From an uncultured Bacteroidota bacterium (lineage in GTDB: Bacteria > Bacteroidota > Bacteroidia > Chitinophagales > Chitinophagaceae), in contig CAWHKV010000007.1 of NCBI GenBank assembly GCA_963830175.1, forward strand, positions 173,255 to 237,254: DNA of 64,000 bases, written 5' to 3'. Below are positions 50,713-60,364 of the stretch, in pieces. Positions within the stretch are counted from its first letter, which is position 1. Each line of letters starts with the position of its first letter. The notes below the pieces were generated by a model. It worked only from the letters and a program-made list of their open reading frames with translations, ran no database searches and was not told the origin of the DNA. The translations under genes were made by a program, and so were the position numbers.

Positions 50713-53145
50713 TTATTCTTTTATAATTTTCAATACGCTTGCTTCATCATTGTTTTGCCGTTGTAACAAATAGGTTCCTTTGGCAAGAGCGCTAACATCA
50801 AAAGAGAAGTTGTTATTTCCGGCAATCGCATTTACAGTTTTCCGTATCAAAACTTTTCCCTGCATATCTGTAATAGAAAACTCATTTATAGCTTGAGTGG
50901 TAGAGATAAAGCGTACCTGGCAATAGCCTGAAACAGGGTTTGGTTGCACAACAAAAATGTTATTTGATAGATTTTTTTCTGGCAGCTGATTAAGCTTTGC
51001 AAAGTTGCCTTTTGTAGTAAATGTGTTTACCAAAGACCATGGTGAATACTGTTCTTTCCAGCACTTGCTCCGCACGATCCATTGGTATTTTGTAGATGGT
51101 TGTAAACCGGATAAAATTAACCTTGGGCTTGTGGTGTTTACGATTGTAAAATTTCGTGAACCGTCCTTTTTATATTTCACCTGATACTGTGCCCCACCGG
51201 CTGTTACCTGCCAATTTAAAATGGCAGAATAATTTGTAATGTCTGAGGTAAAAGTATGGGCAGGTTCACCACAGGGAATATGAGCATTTTTAACTCCTCC
51301 ATTGTGATAAACAGCGATGCCTTCAGACTGGCAATTGAGCCAAACATTGCCCAGCTTATCTACTTCTACATCTTCAACCTGTTTATGCGGAATTGGGGAA
51401 CTTCCTTCTGCAAAAGTTTTCCAATAATTATTACCATCAAATATAGAAAGCCCGCCATAATAAGGATAATCAATCGTATTGAACGTGCCTGCGAAAATGG
51501 TATCTCTTCGACCCACCGCCACTGACTGGGTATGAGAAGCCAGAATACCTGAATTAGATTCATTGTAGGTAGTCCAATGTACGCCGTCGTATTTCACAAG
51601 CCCGCTGTCGCTGGCAATCCACTTGTTGCCTTTACTGTCAAACGCAATGTCATAAACAACAGCCTGGGGCAAGCCGGGTGTACTAAATATTGAGTAAGTA
51701 GTGAAGTGATTTCCAAATTTATCAAACTTTACCAAACCCAGTTCGCTAACACACCATACGTTGCCATCTATATCCGTTTCAATTGATTGTACTTTTGTAT
51801 CACTTGCGCCATTTAAGCCATAATCAGTAAGCTTGAAAGATTTCCATTGCCTGGTTGTGCTGTTATAAACATCCACGGTAGAATTATGATCCAAGCCTAC
51901 CCAAACATTTCCTATGCTATCTGCGCTTATGCAATGAATAAACTGCAGGTCCACACCGGCATTTGCCGTTTCCCATTTTATCCAGTTTGTGGTATCGGTT
52001 TCATCGCCCCTTGGTATTTCTACAACGCCGCCATATGTGCCGAAATAAGCCATCCAAATATTATTGAACTTATCCTCCGTAGTAGCCTGCCCCACCGTTG
52101 TATATGGAACCGGATTTGCAAATAACCCCTCGTTATATGGCCCATAATCCTTCCATACAGGTTCATTCAACAGGTCAACACCACCATTACCGTTAGATAT
52201 CCACTTACGGTTTTTTGAATCAATGAAAATGTCATTCAAACCATATTCAGGCAAACTGGTATTGTACCTGTTATATGTAATTGTTTTACGTCCATCATAC
52301 TTTATAAAAAAACCGATACCGCACATCCAATAGTTGCCGAGCGTATCAATCTTGGTTCCATACACATGGTAGGGCGCAGAATAAGTTGACCATCTTGATC
52401 CATTATAAATGAATGCATGGGAAGACGTTGAACCTACAATTATCTTTTCACCCAGCACATCCATGCAATCTACATAAGGATCAAGCGGGGAATTTTTTGA
52501 ATCGAAATGTGTCCACCTCTTTCCATCAAAACCATCGAGCACCGAATTTGCAAGCGCCCAAAGTTTACCCGATTTGTCTATGTACAAATCAGTATAATGA
52601 TCTGCCTGAAGTGGAGAATTTTTTGAATTGATTATGGTGTAAGATGATTTTTTTAGATTTACGATTCCTACATCAGACGAAACCATTATTTGATCGTGGC
52701 TGTCAATAACAATATCGGTAACATTCCATGTAGGAAACAGCCCGTTCTCTTTTGTAAAAAGTGTCCAGGTAGTGCCATCGAATTTGGCAACACCGCCCTT
52801 TCCACCACTATAAAAATTATTATACGTAAGCCATAGGTTGTTCGCCTTGTCAAAAGCGATGCCATTTACGCGAAAATCTTTTTTAGAAATAGGTGTGTTG
52901 CGGTAGGTGTATTGTGTCCACTTTGCACCATCGTAAACCGCAATGCCTGTATCTGTACCCGCCCACACGCGGTGCAGGTGATCGAATTCAATTTTATAAA
53001 CACGCGAGGCGGGAATATAACCTTCAAAGTTGCTCCAGTTGGTCCAAACAGAATCATCGAAGCGGTCAACGGAACCTTCTTCCCAAAACGGATAAAAGCC
53101 GGTTGTCCACTTAATACCAAAGGAGTCAATATTCATTGTAAACAT
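50713..53145 (-). CDS. secreted beta-propeller-repeat (two-component-regulator-propeller-like) protein with FN3-like domain and T9SS sorting domain; true start probably about 53279
   Basis: 810 aa of repeated W-rich blades (for example NIWMAYFG..GGV and GNVWVGL). An FN3-like segment is SAILNWQVTAGGAQYQVKYKK. The C-terminal tail is VQPNPVSGYCQVRF...GTYLLQ. An in-frame signal peptide lies upstream of the listed Met. Confidence 0.75.
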   Translation of the reverse strand: MFTMNIDSFGIKWTTGFYPFWEEGSVDRFDDSVWTNWSNFEGYIPASRVYKIEFDHLHRVWAGTDTGIAVYDGAKWTQYTYRNTPISKKDFRVNGIAFDKANNLWLTYNNFYSGGKGGVAKFDGTTWTLFTKENGLFPTWNVTDIVIDSHDQIMVSSDVGIVNLKKSSYTIINSKNSPLQADHYTDLYIDKSGKLWALANSVLDGFDGKRWTHFDSKNSPLDPYVDCMDVLGEKIIVGSTSSHAFIYNGSRWSTYSAPYHVYGTKIDTLGNYWMCGIGFFIKYDGRKTITYNRYNTSLPEYGLNDIFIDSKNRKWISNGNGGVDLLNEPVWKDYGPYNEGLFANPVPYTTVGQATTEDKFNNIWMAYFGTYGGVVEIPRGDETDTTNWIKWETANAGVDLQFIHCISADSIGNVWVGLDHNSTVDVYNSTTRQWKSFKLTDYGLNGASDTKVQSIETDIDGNVWCVSELGLVKFDKFGNHFTTYSIFSTPGLPQAVVYDIAFDSKGNKWIASDSGLVKYDGVHWTTYNESNSGILASHTQSVAVGRRDTIFAGTFNTIDYPYYGGLSIFDGNNYWKTFAEGSSPIPHKQVEDVEVDKLGNVWLNCQSEGIAVYHNGGVKNAHIPCGEPAHTFTSDITNYSAILNWQVTAGGAQYQVKYKKDGSRNFTIVNTTSPRLILSGLQPSTKYQWIVRSKCWKEQYSPWSLVNTFTTKGNFAKLNQLPEKNLSNNIFVVQPNPVSGYCQVRFISTTQAINEFSITDMQGKVLIRKTVNAIAGNNNFSFDVSALAKGTYLLQRQNNDEASVLKIIKE

Positions 53146-53449
53146 ATAATCTCCGGCAACGCCCGTGTTTGAAGGGCGGAAATATTGCCAGCCTTTCGGC
53201 GGTTGTGCCGAAACAGAAGTAAGAAATGTAACAGCGAATAACGAAGCGAGTATATATTTCGCGCAGCGTTTTATTTCATGGTAGCATATTATTTTTTGTG
53301 AAGGGTATAGGTTCTTTTCTTGTAAAATCTTTTAAAAATTAAATCGCCACGATTACATATTAGTTACCTGGATAAAAAAATTGCGTGGTATAAGAAAGGT
53401 TTAGGTTCAGTTAAAAAGCTGATATTCATTTTTAAGGTTTATTCTCTTC

Positions 53450-56059
53450 TTATAGCTTCATTACGGGTTTGCTAAAGGTTACACCTTCTGCCGTTGCACT
53501 TAAAAAATACATACCGGCTTTAAGGTTTTTGTCAATAGGAAGTTTGAACTGGATTTGGGAATGTGCTTCCATGCTCCAACGCAAAAGAACGTGCCCTGTT
53601 ACATCTGCAAGTTGAAAAATGGCTTCACCTTTTAAGGGTTGTGCAAATTTTACATTGATAACATTGTTAAATGGATTATTTAATACTTCCATTTCAGAGC
53701 TAATGTTTGCTTCCTCAAATGGTTTGTTGGAACTTTTATATGTATTTACAATTTTTGAGTTTAATACCCTGCCCTTCATTATAGCGAGCGCTGATTGAAA
53801 CCCAACTGGTGGAAGTGATACAACAGCGGCAATATCTTTTTTGCCATCACCAGTAAAGTCAGCATAAATGGGAGAAGATGCGCTATAATAAACACCATAC
53901 CGGTTCTTAAAGGTGAACGTACCATTGCCTTTGTTCAAATAAATGGAAATATCGTTTGAGGCGGCTCCACCAACAATCAAATCAATATCGCCATCCCCAT
54001 CAACATCTCCGGAAGTTATGCCGGATTCATTTCTCAGATCCGGGGAGTATGCACCCTGGTAATTTTGCGCTGGTTTAAATGTGCCGTCCCCATTACCAAG
54101 CAAAACGCTCATGCCTTCAACATTGTAATCAGTGCAGGCGGCAATGTCTAAATTGCCATCACCATTCAAATCAAGTGCAATAAGATCGTAGGGAGATTGC
54201 TCTGTTGCAAATGAAACAGGCGGTTGCAGATCGCCGGTACCTGTACCTAAATGCAGATCAATAGAAAGTGACTGACCTGTAACAATATCAATTTTACCAT
54301 CATTATTAAAATCTCCCCCCGCAATTGGTCCCGGAAAAGGGTTTACCAGTTTTACCTTCGGGGCGCTAAAACCACCTCTGCCATTATTTTTGCTGATAAA
54401 AATTCTTCTTGCAGATTGCGCAACATTTTGACACCCGAGCCATTCAGTAATCACCACGTCTAAATCGCCATCATTGTCCAGATCGAAAGCGTCAATGTCG
54501 TTCCATCCGCAGGCATTCATGCTCCATGTTTGGCGGGGACCAAAAGTACCATCACCATTATTAATGGCTGTATGAAAGTCATAAGGTGGTGTTGAAATTG
54601 CTGTTGCGAACAATAAGTCTGGTTTGCCATCCCCATTTAAATCACGAAACTTGGCCTGCACTCCACCCCCCCTTATTGAATAAGGAACACCCGGAGTAAA
54701 CACTCCGCGTCCATTATTTTTTTGTACGGTAACAGTTACACCCACCCCACCAATGCTCGATGCAGAGGAAACAATATCAAGATCACCGTCGCCATCTATA
54801 TCAGCAGCATCGAGTGAGCCGGTTGAACTGTTATTTGTATTGTACAACGCAGGTATTGGAAAGTCTGCATTACCATAATTTTTGTGTACAGTTACCTGAA
54901 GGGAATAAGAATCAACAGTGATAACATCAACATTCTTATCTCCGGTAACTTCTGCAGTGGCCAACGCATAGGTACCCTGACCGCAGGGCTTTATCACAGC
55001 CGGTAAAAAGTGGCCTGTGCCGTCATTCAATACAAGTTGAAAACCATCACCAGTTCTGCCGGAATAGTTTGTTGTAACAATATCGGGATAGCCATCTTTG
55101 TTTAAATCAGCGACATCCATGTCAATCGGGCCGACGGTGTAGAAAGCGAGATTTATTAATTCAAAAGATCCAAAAACACCGTTGCCCTGATTACGGAAAA
55201 GTGCTATTTGCCCATTGTCACCATTCCATGTTTGGCTGCTTGAATAAATGATGTCGTTATCCCCATCTTTATCAAAGTCGGCAGCTTTTACATTGGCCTG
55301 CCCATCTCCGGACCAAATAAGCGTAAGCACATTTTTTTCAACCCGCTCGCTAAAAAGATTGTTTCCTGTATTAAAAAGAATATTCATTTTTTGTTTCTCG
55401 TTGCCTACCACAATATCTACCAGCGAGTCGTTATTGATTTTGGAAAGGGTAAGCTTATAAGGATAATCGCCTGAAGGAACATTAATGGCGGGATTAAAGG
55501 TTCCGTTTCCGGTGTTGATTAAAATGGAAACGGTGCCGGGAAAAGACTTGTTATTTGCTACAGCAATATCAATATCATTATCGCCATCAAAATCTCCGGC
55601 AACGATGCCAACAGGCCCTGCACCCACTGTATAATTTACAGGCACGGGTTTTCCGGTTCGTTTATTTAAATACACGCTTATGCTGTTGCCTTCAAGATAT
55701 TGACCTGAATTTGTTAAGGCAACATCTTTATAACCATCGCCATTAAAATCTGCAACAAAAAGGTCTTTTGACCCTTTAGGTGAAGAAAATTTTATAGGAT
55801 CTGAAAACTGACCTTTGCCTGTATTTAGCAGGGCAACAAAACCGGTTGCCAGGTTTTCCTGGGAAACGACCAGGTCATTATCACCATCATTATCCAGGTC
55901 AGCAGATTTAATAGCTGAGGGACTTTGTCCATAAGGATAGGTGCCCGTTGCAAAGCCGTACCATGTGCTGTCGAAAAAGGGAAAGCTGGCTTGTGAATTT
56001 GCGTAAAAAGGGAAAATAACAAGAAGGAAAATGGGGTTGAAAGGAAAATATTTTTTCAT
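53450..56059 (-). CDS. FG-GAP/VCBS-repeat protein with T9SS sorting domain
   Basis: 869 aa with a signal peptide and more than 10 repeats of the D.(D/N).DG..D(I/L)(V/A) type (DLDNDGDNDLVV, DFNGDGYKDVAL, DIDGDGDLDIV). The C-terminal tail is LNNPFNNVINVKF...GMYFLSA. Confidence 0.8.
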   Translation of the reverse strand: MKKYFPFNPIFLLVIFPFYANSQASFPFFDSTWYGFATGTYPYGQSPSAIKSADLDNDGDNDLVVSQENLATGFVALLNTGKGQFSDPIKFSSPKGSKDLFVADFNGDGYKDVALTNSGQYLEGNSISVYLNKRTGKPVPVNYTVGAGPVGIVAGDFDGDNDIDIAVANNKSFPGTVSILINTGNGTFNPAINVPSGDYPYKLTLSKINNDSLVDIVVGNEKQKMNILFNTGNNLFSERVEKNVLTLIWSGDGQANVKAADFDKDGDNDIIYSSSQTWNGDNGQIALFRNQGNGVFGSFELINLAFYTVGPIDMDVADLNKDGYPDIVTTNYSGRTGDGFQLVLNDGTGHFLPAVIKPCGQGTYALATAEVTGDKNVDVITVDSYSLQVTVHKNYGNADFPIPALYNTNNSSTGSLDAADIDGDGDLDIVSSASSIGGVGVTVTVQKNNGRGVFTPGVPYSIRGGGVQAKFRDLNGDGKPDLLFATAISTPPYDFHTAINNGDGTFGPRQTWSMNACGWNDIDAFDLDNDGDLDVVITEWLGCQNVAQSARRIFISKNNGRGGFSAPKVKLVNPFPGPIAGGDFNNDGKIDIVTGQSLSIDLHLGTGTGDLQPPVSFATEQSPYDLIALDLNGDGNLDIAACTDYNVEGMSVLLGNGDGTFKPAQNYQGAYSPDLRNESGITSGDVDGDGDIDLIVGGAASNDISIYLNKGNGTFTFKNRYGVYYSASSPIYADFTGDGKKDIAAVVSLPPVGFQSALAIMKGRVLNSKIVNTYKSSNKPFEEANISSEMEVLNNPFNNVINVKFAQPLKGEAIFQLADVTGHVLLRWSMEAHSQIQFKLPIDKNLKAGMYFLSATAEGVTFSKPVMKL

Positions 56060-56221
56060 TACTTAAAAATATATTTTCAGTTTTAATAAATTGAATAATT
56101 TAAGTTGAATAAGATAAAATTGATATTGAATGGGAATTTTGGGAAAAGGAATCTTTTTTTACCACAATTAAAAAAATCCTAGTGCTGCTAAAAGGGTTGA
56201 AATATTAAAGCAGCCTTTTTC

Positions 56222-56962
56222 TTAAAAAATTTCTATCATATGGTTTTCGGCAAGCCGCATTCTATATGCATTCATAGCAGTTTCACCTAACTGCTTTAGC
56301 AACCTGTAATTTACAATAACACCTACAACTGCACCAATACCTGGTATTAATTGCGCCATTTTTGCGAGATCGATATAATCGCGGTATTCCTGCTGAAAAT
56401 TAAGCCAGTCAAATTCATTAATATCATCCGGCAGGGCATTTCTTTTTACATTCCAGTTCACCATTTTTTCATACACTTTGTTTCTGTGTTGCTGGCTCGA
56501 ATACGCAAGTTCAAATATGTGTAAAATAAATACGCGCTCTTTATAATCTGTAACAGAAAAACCATAAAGTGAGGCAATCTCGAAAAGCATTTTTAATTTA
56601 ATGCCTATTAGTACCGGAAACTCTGCTAACCCAAGTAAAATGCCACCTGCCCCGGTTATACCACCTTCTACTGCAGCTGTTTTTTTATAACTATCTATTT
56701 TAGCTTGTACGGCAGTTTCTGTTTCTTCTATCGATGTAAAAATTTGTTTTTCGGACGTTGTAAAAGTTGCACCAAAAAGTACCGCTTTAATCATTTGGCG
56801 AATGGTAGCGGTAATGGCATTGTGTACTTTGCGGGGAATGTAAGAGTTGAGTTTTGACTGAATATTTTTTGACAGCCGATTGCTAAGCGATGGGGCTTTC
56901 TGCATTTTTTTCTGCCACTTTAGAAGTTCGTTTTGTATATATAAATCATAATTATCCGGCAT
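56222..56962 (-). CDS. EcsC-family protein (assignment from memory)
   Basis: 246 aa. The N-terminal YDLYIQNELLKWQKKMQKAPS and a central Gly-rich hydrophobic segment GGITGAGGILLGLAEFPVLIGI resemble EcsC (PF12787). Confidence 0.5.
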   Translation of the reverse strand: MPDNYDLYIQNELLKWQKKMQKAPSLSNRLSKNIQSKLNSYIPRKVHNAITATIRQMIKAVLFGATFTTSEKQIFTSIEETETAVQAKIDSYKKTAAVEGGITGAGGILLGLAEFPVLIGIKLKMLFEIASLYGFSVTDYKERVFILHIFELAYSSQQHRNKVYEKMVNWNVKRNALPDDINEFDWLNFQQEYRDYIDLAKMAQLIPGIGAVVGVIVNYRLLKQLGETAMNAYRMRLAENHMIEIF

Positions 56963-57149
56963 TGTAATTATTTACAGGCAAGTAAAAACTAAAGAATAAA
57001 TTTAAATCTTACTAACATATGTAAAAAATATCGTACAAGATTTGTAAATTTGAATTGTTCAACTTAAACTCTTAACATAAATCCTTCTTCAAATTTACTA
57101 TGCATAAGTCTGCTTGCATAGGCCCTTTTCAACTTTAAACCCAAATAAC

Positions 57150-57368
57150 ATGAAAGAAACTCAGTTACAAAAACTCAGTGCCCGAGAATCAGAAGTATTA
57201 AAACACCTGGTAAAAGGAAAACTAAATAAGGAAATCGCAAACGACCTGGGCGTTACCACAGACGCTGTTAAAAAACACTTACGCAATATCTATATTAAGC
57301 TGGGTGTTAGAAACCGGGTTGAGGCGGTAATGGAAGTATTACCCGAGAAACGTATTTATGCTTCATAA
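57150..57368 (+). CDS. stand-alone LuxR/GerE-type HTH transcription regulator
   Basis: LSARESEVLKHLVKGKLNKEIANDLGVTTDAVKKHLRNIYIKLGV is a complete GerE HTH with no receiver or ligand domain. The track start at 57114 is TTG, and ATG 57150 is preferred. Confidence 0.8.
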   Translation: MKETQLQKLSARESEVLKHLVKGKLNKEIANDLGVTTDAVKKHLRNIYIKLGVRNRVEAVMEVLPEKRIYAS

Positions 57369-57371
57369 TTT

Positions 57372-58667
57372 TTAGTGGGCATAATCATTTTCAAAATCTC
57401 CTGTTATTCTTTCCATTGCCGGGTTAAAATAACCGGAACGAAGTGAGGGGAATTCGTCATTTAACAAATCGAATAACTGGCGAATTCCCAACATTTCTGG
57501 TGTTTCTGTAATGTTTACTTTACTAAGATACCAGTCGGGGTCAATATTAAAATTTCGCCATTGAATCATATTCAAACCTGTTTGTGATATAAGGCTACGC
57601 AGTGCTTCATATTCCTGCACAGAATCGGTTATGCCGGGAAAAACAAAATAATTGATGCTGGTCCACCCTCCATGTTTTTTAACGACCTTAAGGCTTTCGA
57701 TGATATCCTCAAATTCATAATTATTGGGGCGGTAATAAGCGGTATATATATGTTTTTGAGCTGAGTTTGTACTAACCCTTATACTATTTAAACCTGCCTT
57801 ACAAAGTTCTTCAACAGCAGCAGGCATAGACCCGTTTGTATTAATATTTATGCTGCCCCTGTTTGTATGCTTCCTCATTTCCTGAATAGCAGCACGAATG
57901 GTTTGCCACATGAGTAAGGGTTCACCCTCGCATCCCTGCCCGAAACTTACAATGGGATAAGGTGCGTTTTGCAGGTGGGGTACGGTAAATTCAGCGATTT
58001 CTTCAACCGACGGTTTAAATTCAAGCCGGTTTTGCGTGCTTACAATTGATTCCTCGGGAGGCTGAAACGAAATGCAACCAATACAATTGGCATTGCATGC
58101 CGGTGAGGTTGGCACCGGGCATTCCCATCTTTCCAATGAAAAATTTCTGGCTGCAGGACAATGGTAAGTCAGGCAGCAATTATTCATTAAGTGATTTACC
58201 AAACGGTTATGCGGGTAGTGCTGTAAAAGGTAATCAGCCCCGGCTTTAACCCTGGCTTCATCATACCCTATCGATTCCTGCCTTATATCTTTTTCAATTC
58301 TAATTGCAGGCACATAAAATTTTTCATTGAGCCAGCCTGCTGCGGTATAACAAAATAAGGGTAGAGTTGGGGCGTTTGCTTCTGCTTCATAAGCTGCAAG
58401 AAATAAACCTGTATATGCAGGAGGAATAAATGCAGCTACTGCCAAACCTTTTGTACAAACACGCATTTCGCCTGTTTCAACATCAATGCCGATACCCTTT
58501 CTGCCGGGTAATTCGTACAGGTTACCACCCCCGGGTAGTTCAATCCAATCCTCCGAATCCACCGGCATAGCATCCCACGCTACCCTGCCTGCTGCATATA
58601 GGCTGGTATCTTCAAAAATATTTCCTTTACCATCGGAGTAAAGTAAAAAAGGTGATTGCAATGCCAT
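57372..58667 (-). CDS. radical SAM protein with ~190-aa N-terminal domain of unknown function
   Basis: 431 aa with the CX3CX2C cluster motif CNANCIGC and the GGE-like motif GQGCEGEPLL. No SPASM-type Cys cluster is seen at the C-terminus. Confidence 0.8.
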   Translation of the reverse strand: MALQSPFLLYSDGKGNIFEDTSLYAAGRVAWDAMPVDSEDWIELPGGGNLYELPGRKGIGIDVETGEMRVCTKGLAVAAFIPPAYTGLFLAAYEAEANAPTLPLFCYTAAGWLNEKFYVPAIRIEKDIRQESIGYDEARVKAGADYLLQHYPHNRLVNHLMNNCCLTYHCPAARNFSLERWECPVPTSPACNANCIGCISFQPPEESIVSTQNRLEFKPSVEEIAEFTVPHLQNAPYPIVSFGQGCEGEPLLMWQTIRAAIQEMRKHTNRGSININTNGSMPAAVEELCKAGLNSIRVSTNSAQKHIYTAYYRPNNYEFEDIIESLKVVKKHGGWTSINYFVFPGITDSVQEYEALRSLISQTGLNMIQWRNFNIDPDWYLSKVNITETPEMLGIRQLFDLLNDEFPSLRSGYFNPAMERITGDFENDYAH

Positions 58668-58764
58668 GTAAAATTATTCGTACCTGAAAGCGGCAAAGGT
58701 CACCTTTTAAACTGTATGCACAAAAACCATGGTATTAAAATAATAGCCAAAAAGTTAGATACCG

Positions 58765-60267
58765 TTATTTCCTGAACCTATTTTTCAATCGTTCTTTGCC
58801 GATATCGTACAGCTGAATAGCATCCGGTGTGAGTTTAAATGCGAAGGTTCCTGCAATAATTAACGAAGAAAATATGGCTGAACGAAGTATGATGCCAATC
58901 CACCCATCAATTCCGTCAAGTATAAAATAGGTTAATGCAAATGCGCCACCGCCAAGCAGCAAAGAATACAATGTTTGCATATTAAATGGTTGCATCTTAA
59001 ACTTACGCCGAATAAATTCAAACCTGAAAAGATTGTAAACCGAGTATGCAAATAATTCTGCCCAGGCAGAGCCAATAATTCCATAATTTTTTATTAAAAA
59101 ATAATTGAGCGGTATAAGCATGGTTAATAAAATAACGCCGCTGAAAAATTCAAATTTCCAAAAATTTGAAGCGCCTATTATGGTCCCATTCAGTCCCGTT
59201 CCGGCATCTATAATTCTTAAAATTCCCAGTACAAAAATTACCTGGATGCCTTGCGCATATTCATCCTGGATATTTAAAACAACCAATCCATCTTCCACGT
59301 TCAGCCAAACGTTACCAAATATAAAAATGGCCAGCAGCAACATATTTATGCAACTGCGTTGATATATTCTGCTTATGTCTGCATAGTTCTTTTCTTTCCA
59401 TGCACGTACCAATACACCTGTTGCAATAGATTGAATACTGCGTTGCGGAATCTGTATAAGATTAGCAGCATAGCTTGCCAAACTAAAAATGGCAGTTTGT
59501 GGCAAACCTCTTAGACTTGCTATCATAATCCCACCAATAGTTTGACCAATTGTCTGAACAAGGATGCCGCCAAATATCAGGGACTGCATGCCGATCATTT
59601 TCTTCCTGTATTTTTTAGAAACGTTACTGGTTTTAAACGTTAATTTAAATTTTCCTTTTCCTATCAAATAAAACAGCAGGCATAAAACCAGCATCAGGTA
59701 CATCAAAGAAAATAATAGAATGAACTGGTGAAAATCTATATACCCGAAATAGTAAAGAATAATAAACAGAAAGGTAAAAAGCCTCAACCCTGTCTCCTTT
59801 AAAAAATTACTTACAACTGTTTTGTGCAACGACCAGGCGTACCCTTCAAGTACAGAGAAAAAGAGTAATCCGAATGCGAATGGAAAGATCCAATGGTAAT
59901 GATCAACAAGCAATGTAGATCGTTCAGAAAACTTTCTGACTACCAGGGGTTCAAACAAATATCCTGCAAATGCGACTAAAATGAAACCTATAAATGCGGT
60001 GATCAGGGTTCTGGTGAGAAGGTCATTCTCCTCATCCTTCAAATTATCTTTATAATAGGGATAAAATTTATATAAAACTGGTATAGCGCCAAGGCTTGCA
60101 ACAATATAAAAGACCTGGCCAAAATCGAAAAAAAGCCTGGTTAATGCATACTGATCTGTTGTAAAGGAACCATTTTTTACAAAGAAATAGGTATTAATAG
60201 CACCAATACCAACACCGATATATACCAGTATGCTAGAATAAATACTTTGTTTGCGAATGCCTGACAT
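58765..60267 (-). CDS. polysaccharide/oligosaccharide flippase (MOP/Wzx-like) family membrane protein
   Basis: 500 aa with about 12-14 TM segments. The call rests on topology and size only. Confidence 0.55.
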   Translation of the reverse strand: MSGIRKQSIYSSILVYIGVGIGAINTYFFVKNGSFTTDQYALTRLFFDFGQVFYIVASLGAIPVLYKFYPYYKDNLKDEENDLLTRTLITAFIGFILVAFAGYLFEPLVVRKFSERSTLLVDHYHWIFPFAFGLLFFSVLEGYAWSLHKTVVSNFLKETGLRLFTFLFIILYYFGYIDFHQFILLFSLMYLMLVLCLLFYLIGKGKFKLTFKTSNVSKKYRKKMIGMQSLIFGGILVQTIGQTIGGIMIASLRGLPQTAIFSLASYAANLIQIPQRSIQSIATGVLVRAWKEKNYADISRIYQRSCINMLLLAIFIFGNVWLNVEDGLVVLNIQDEYAQGIQVIFVLGILRIIDAGTGLNGTIIGASNFWKFEFFSGVILLTMLIPLNYFLIKNYGIIGSAWAELFAYSVYNLFRFEFIRRKFKMQPFNMQTLYSLLLGGGAFALTYFILDGIDGWIGIILRSAIFSSLIIAGTFAFKLTPDAIQLYDIGKERLKNRFRK

Positions 60268-60364
60268 GTATTGCGTGCAAATTAATTGTTTGCGTAAATA
60301 ATTCCCTCCTCTAACGGCTTGCAGGTGTTTATATTTTGGTTAAAGCCAAACCTTTACCTATTAT

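Noticed and set aside
50583-56221. Possible genomic island integrated at the 3' end of ssrA.
   Set aside because: I saw no integrase or recombinase gene and no direct repeat of the tmRNA 3' end (ggttcgaatcccctcagctcc) downstream. The gene content is ordinary T9SS cargo.
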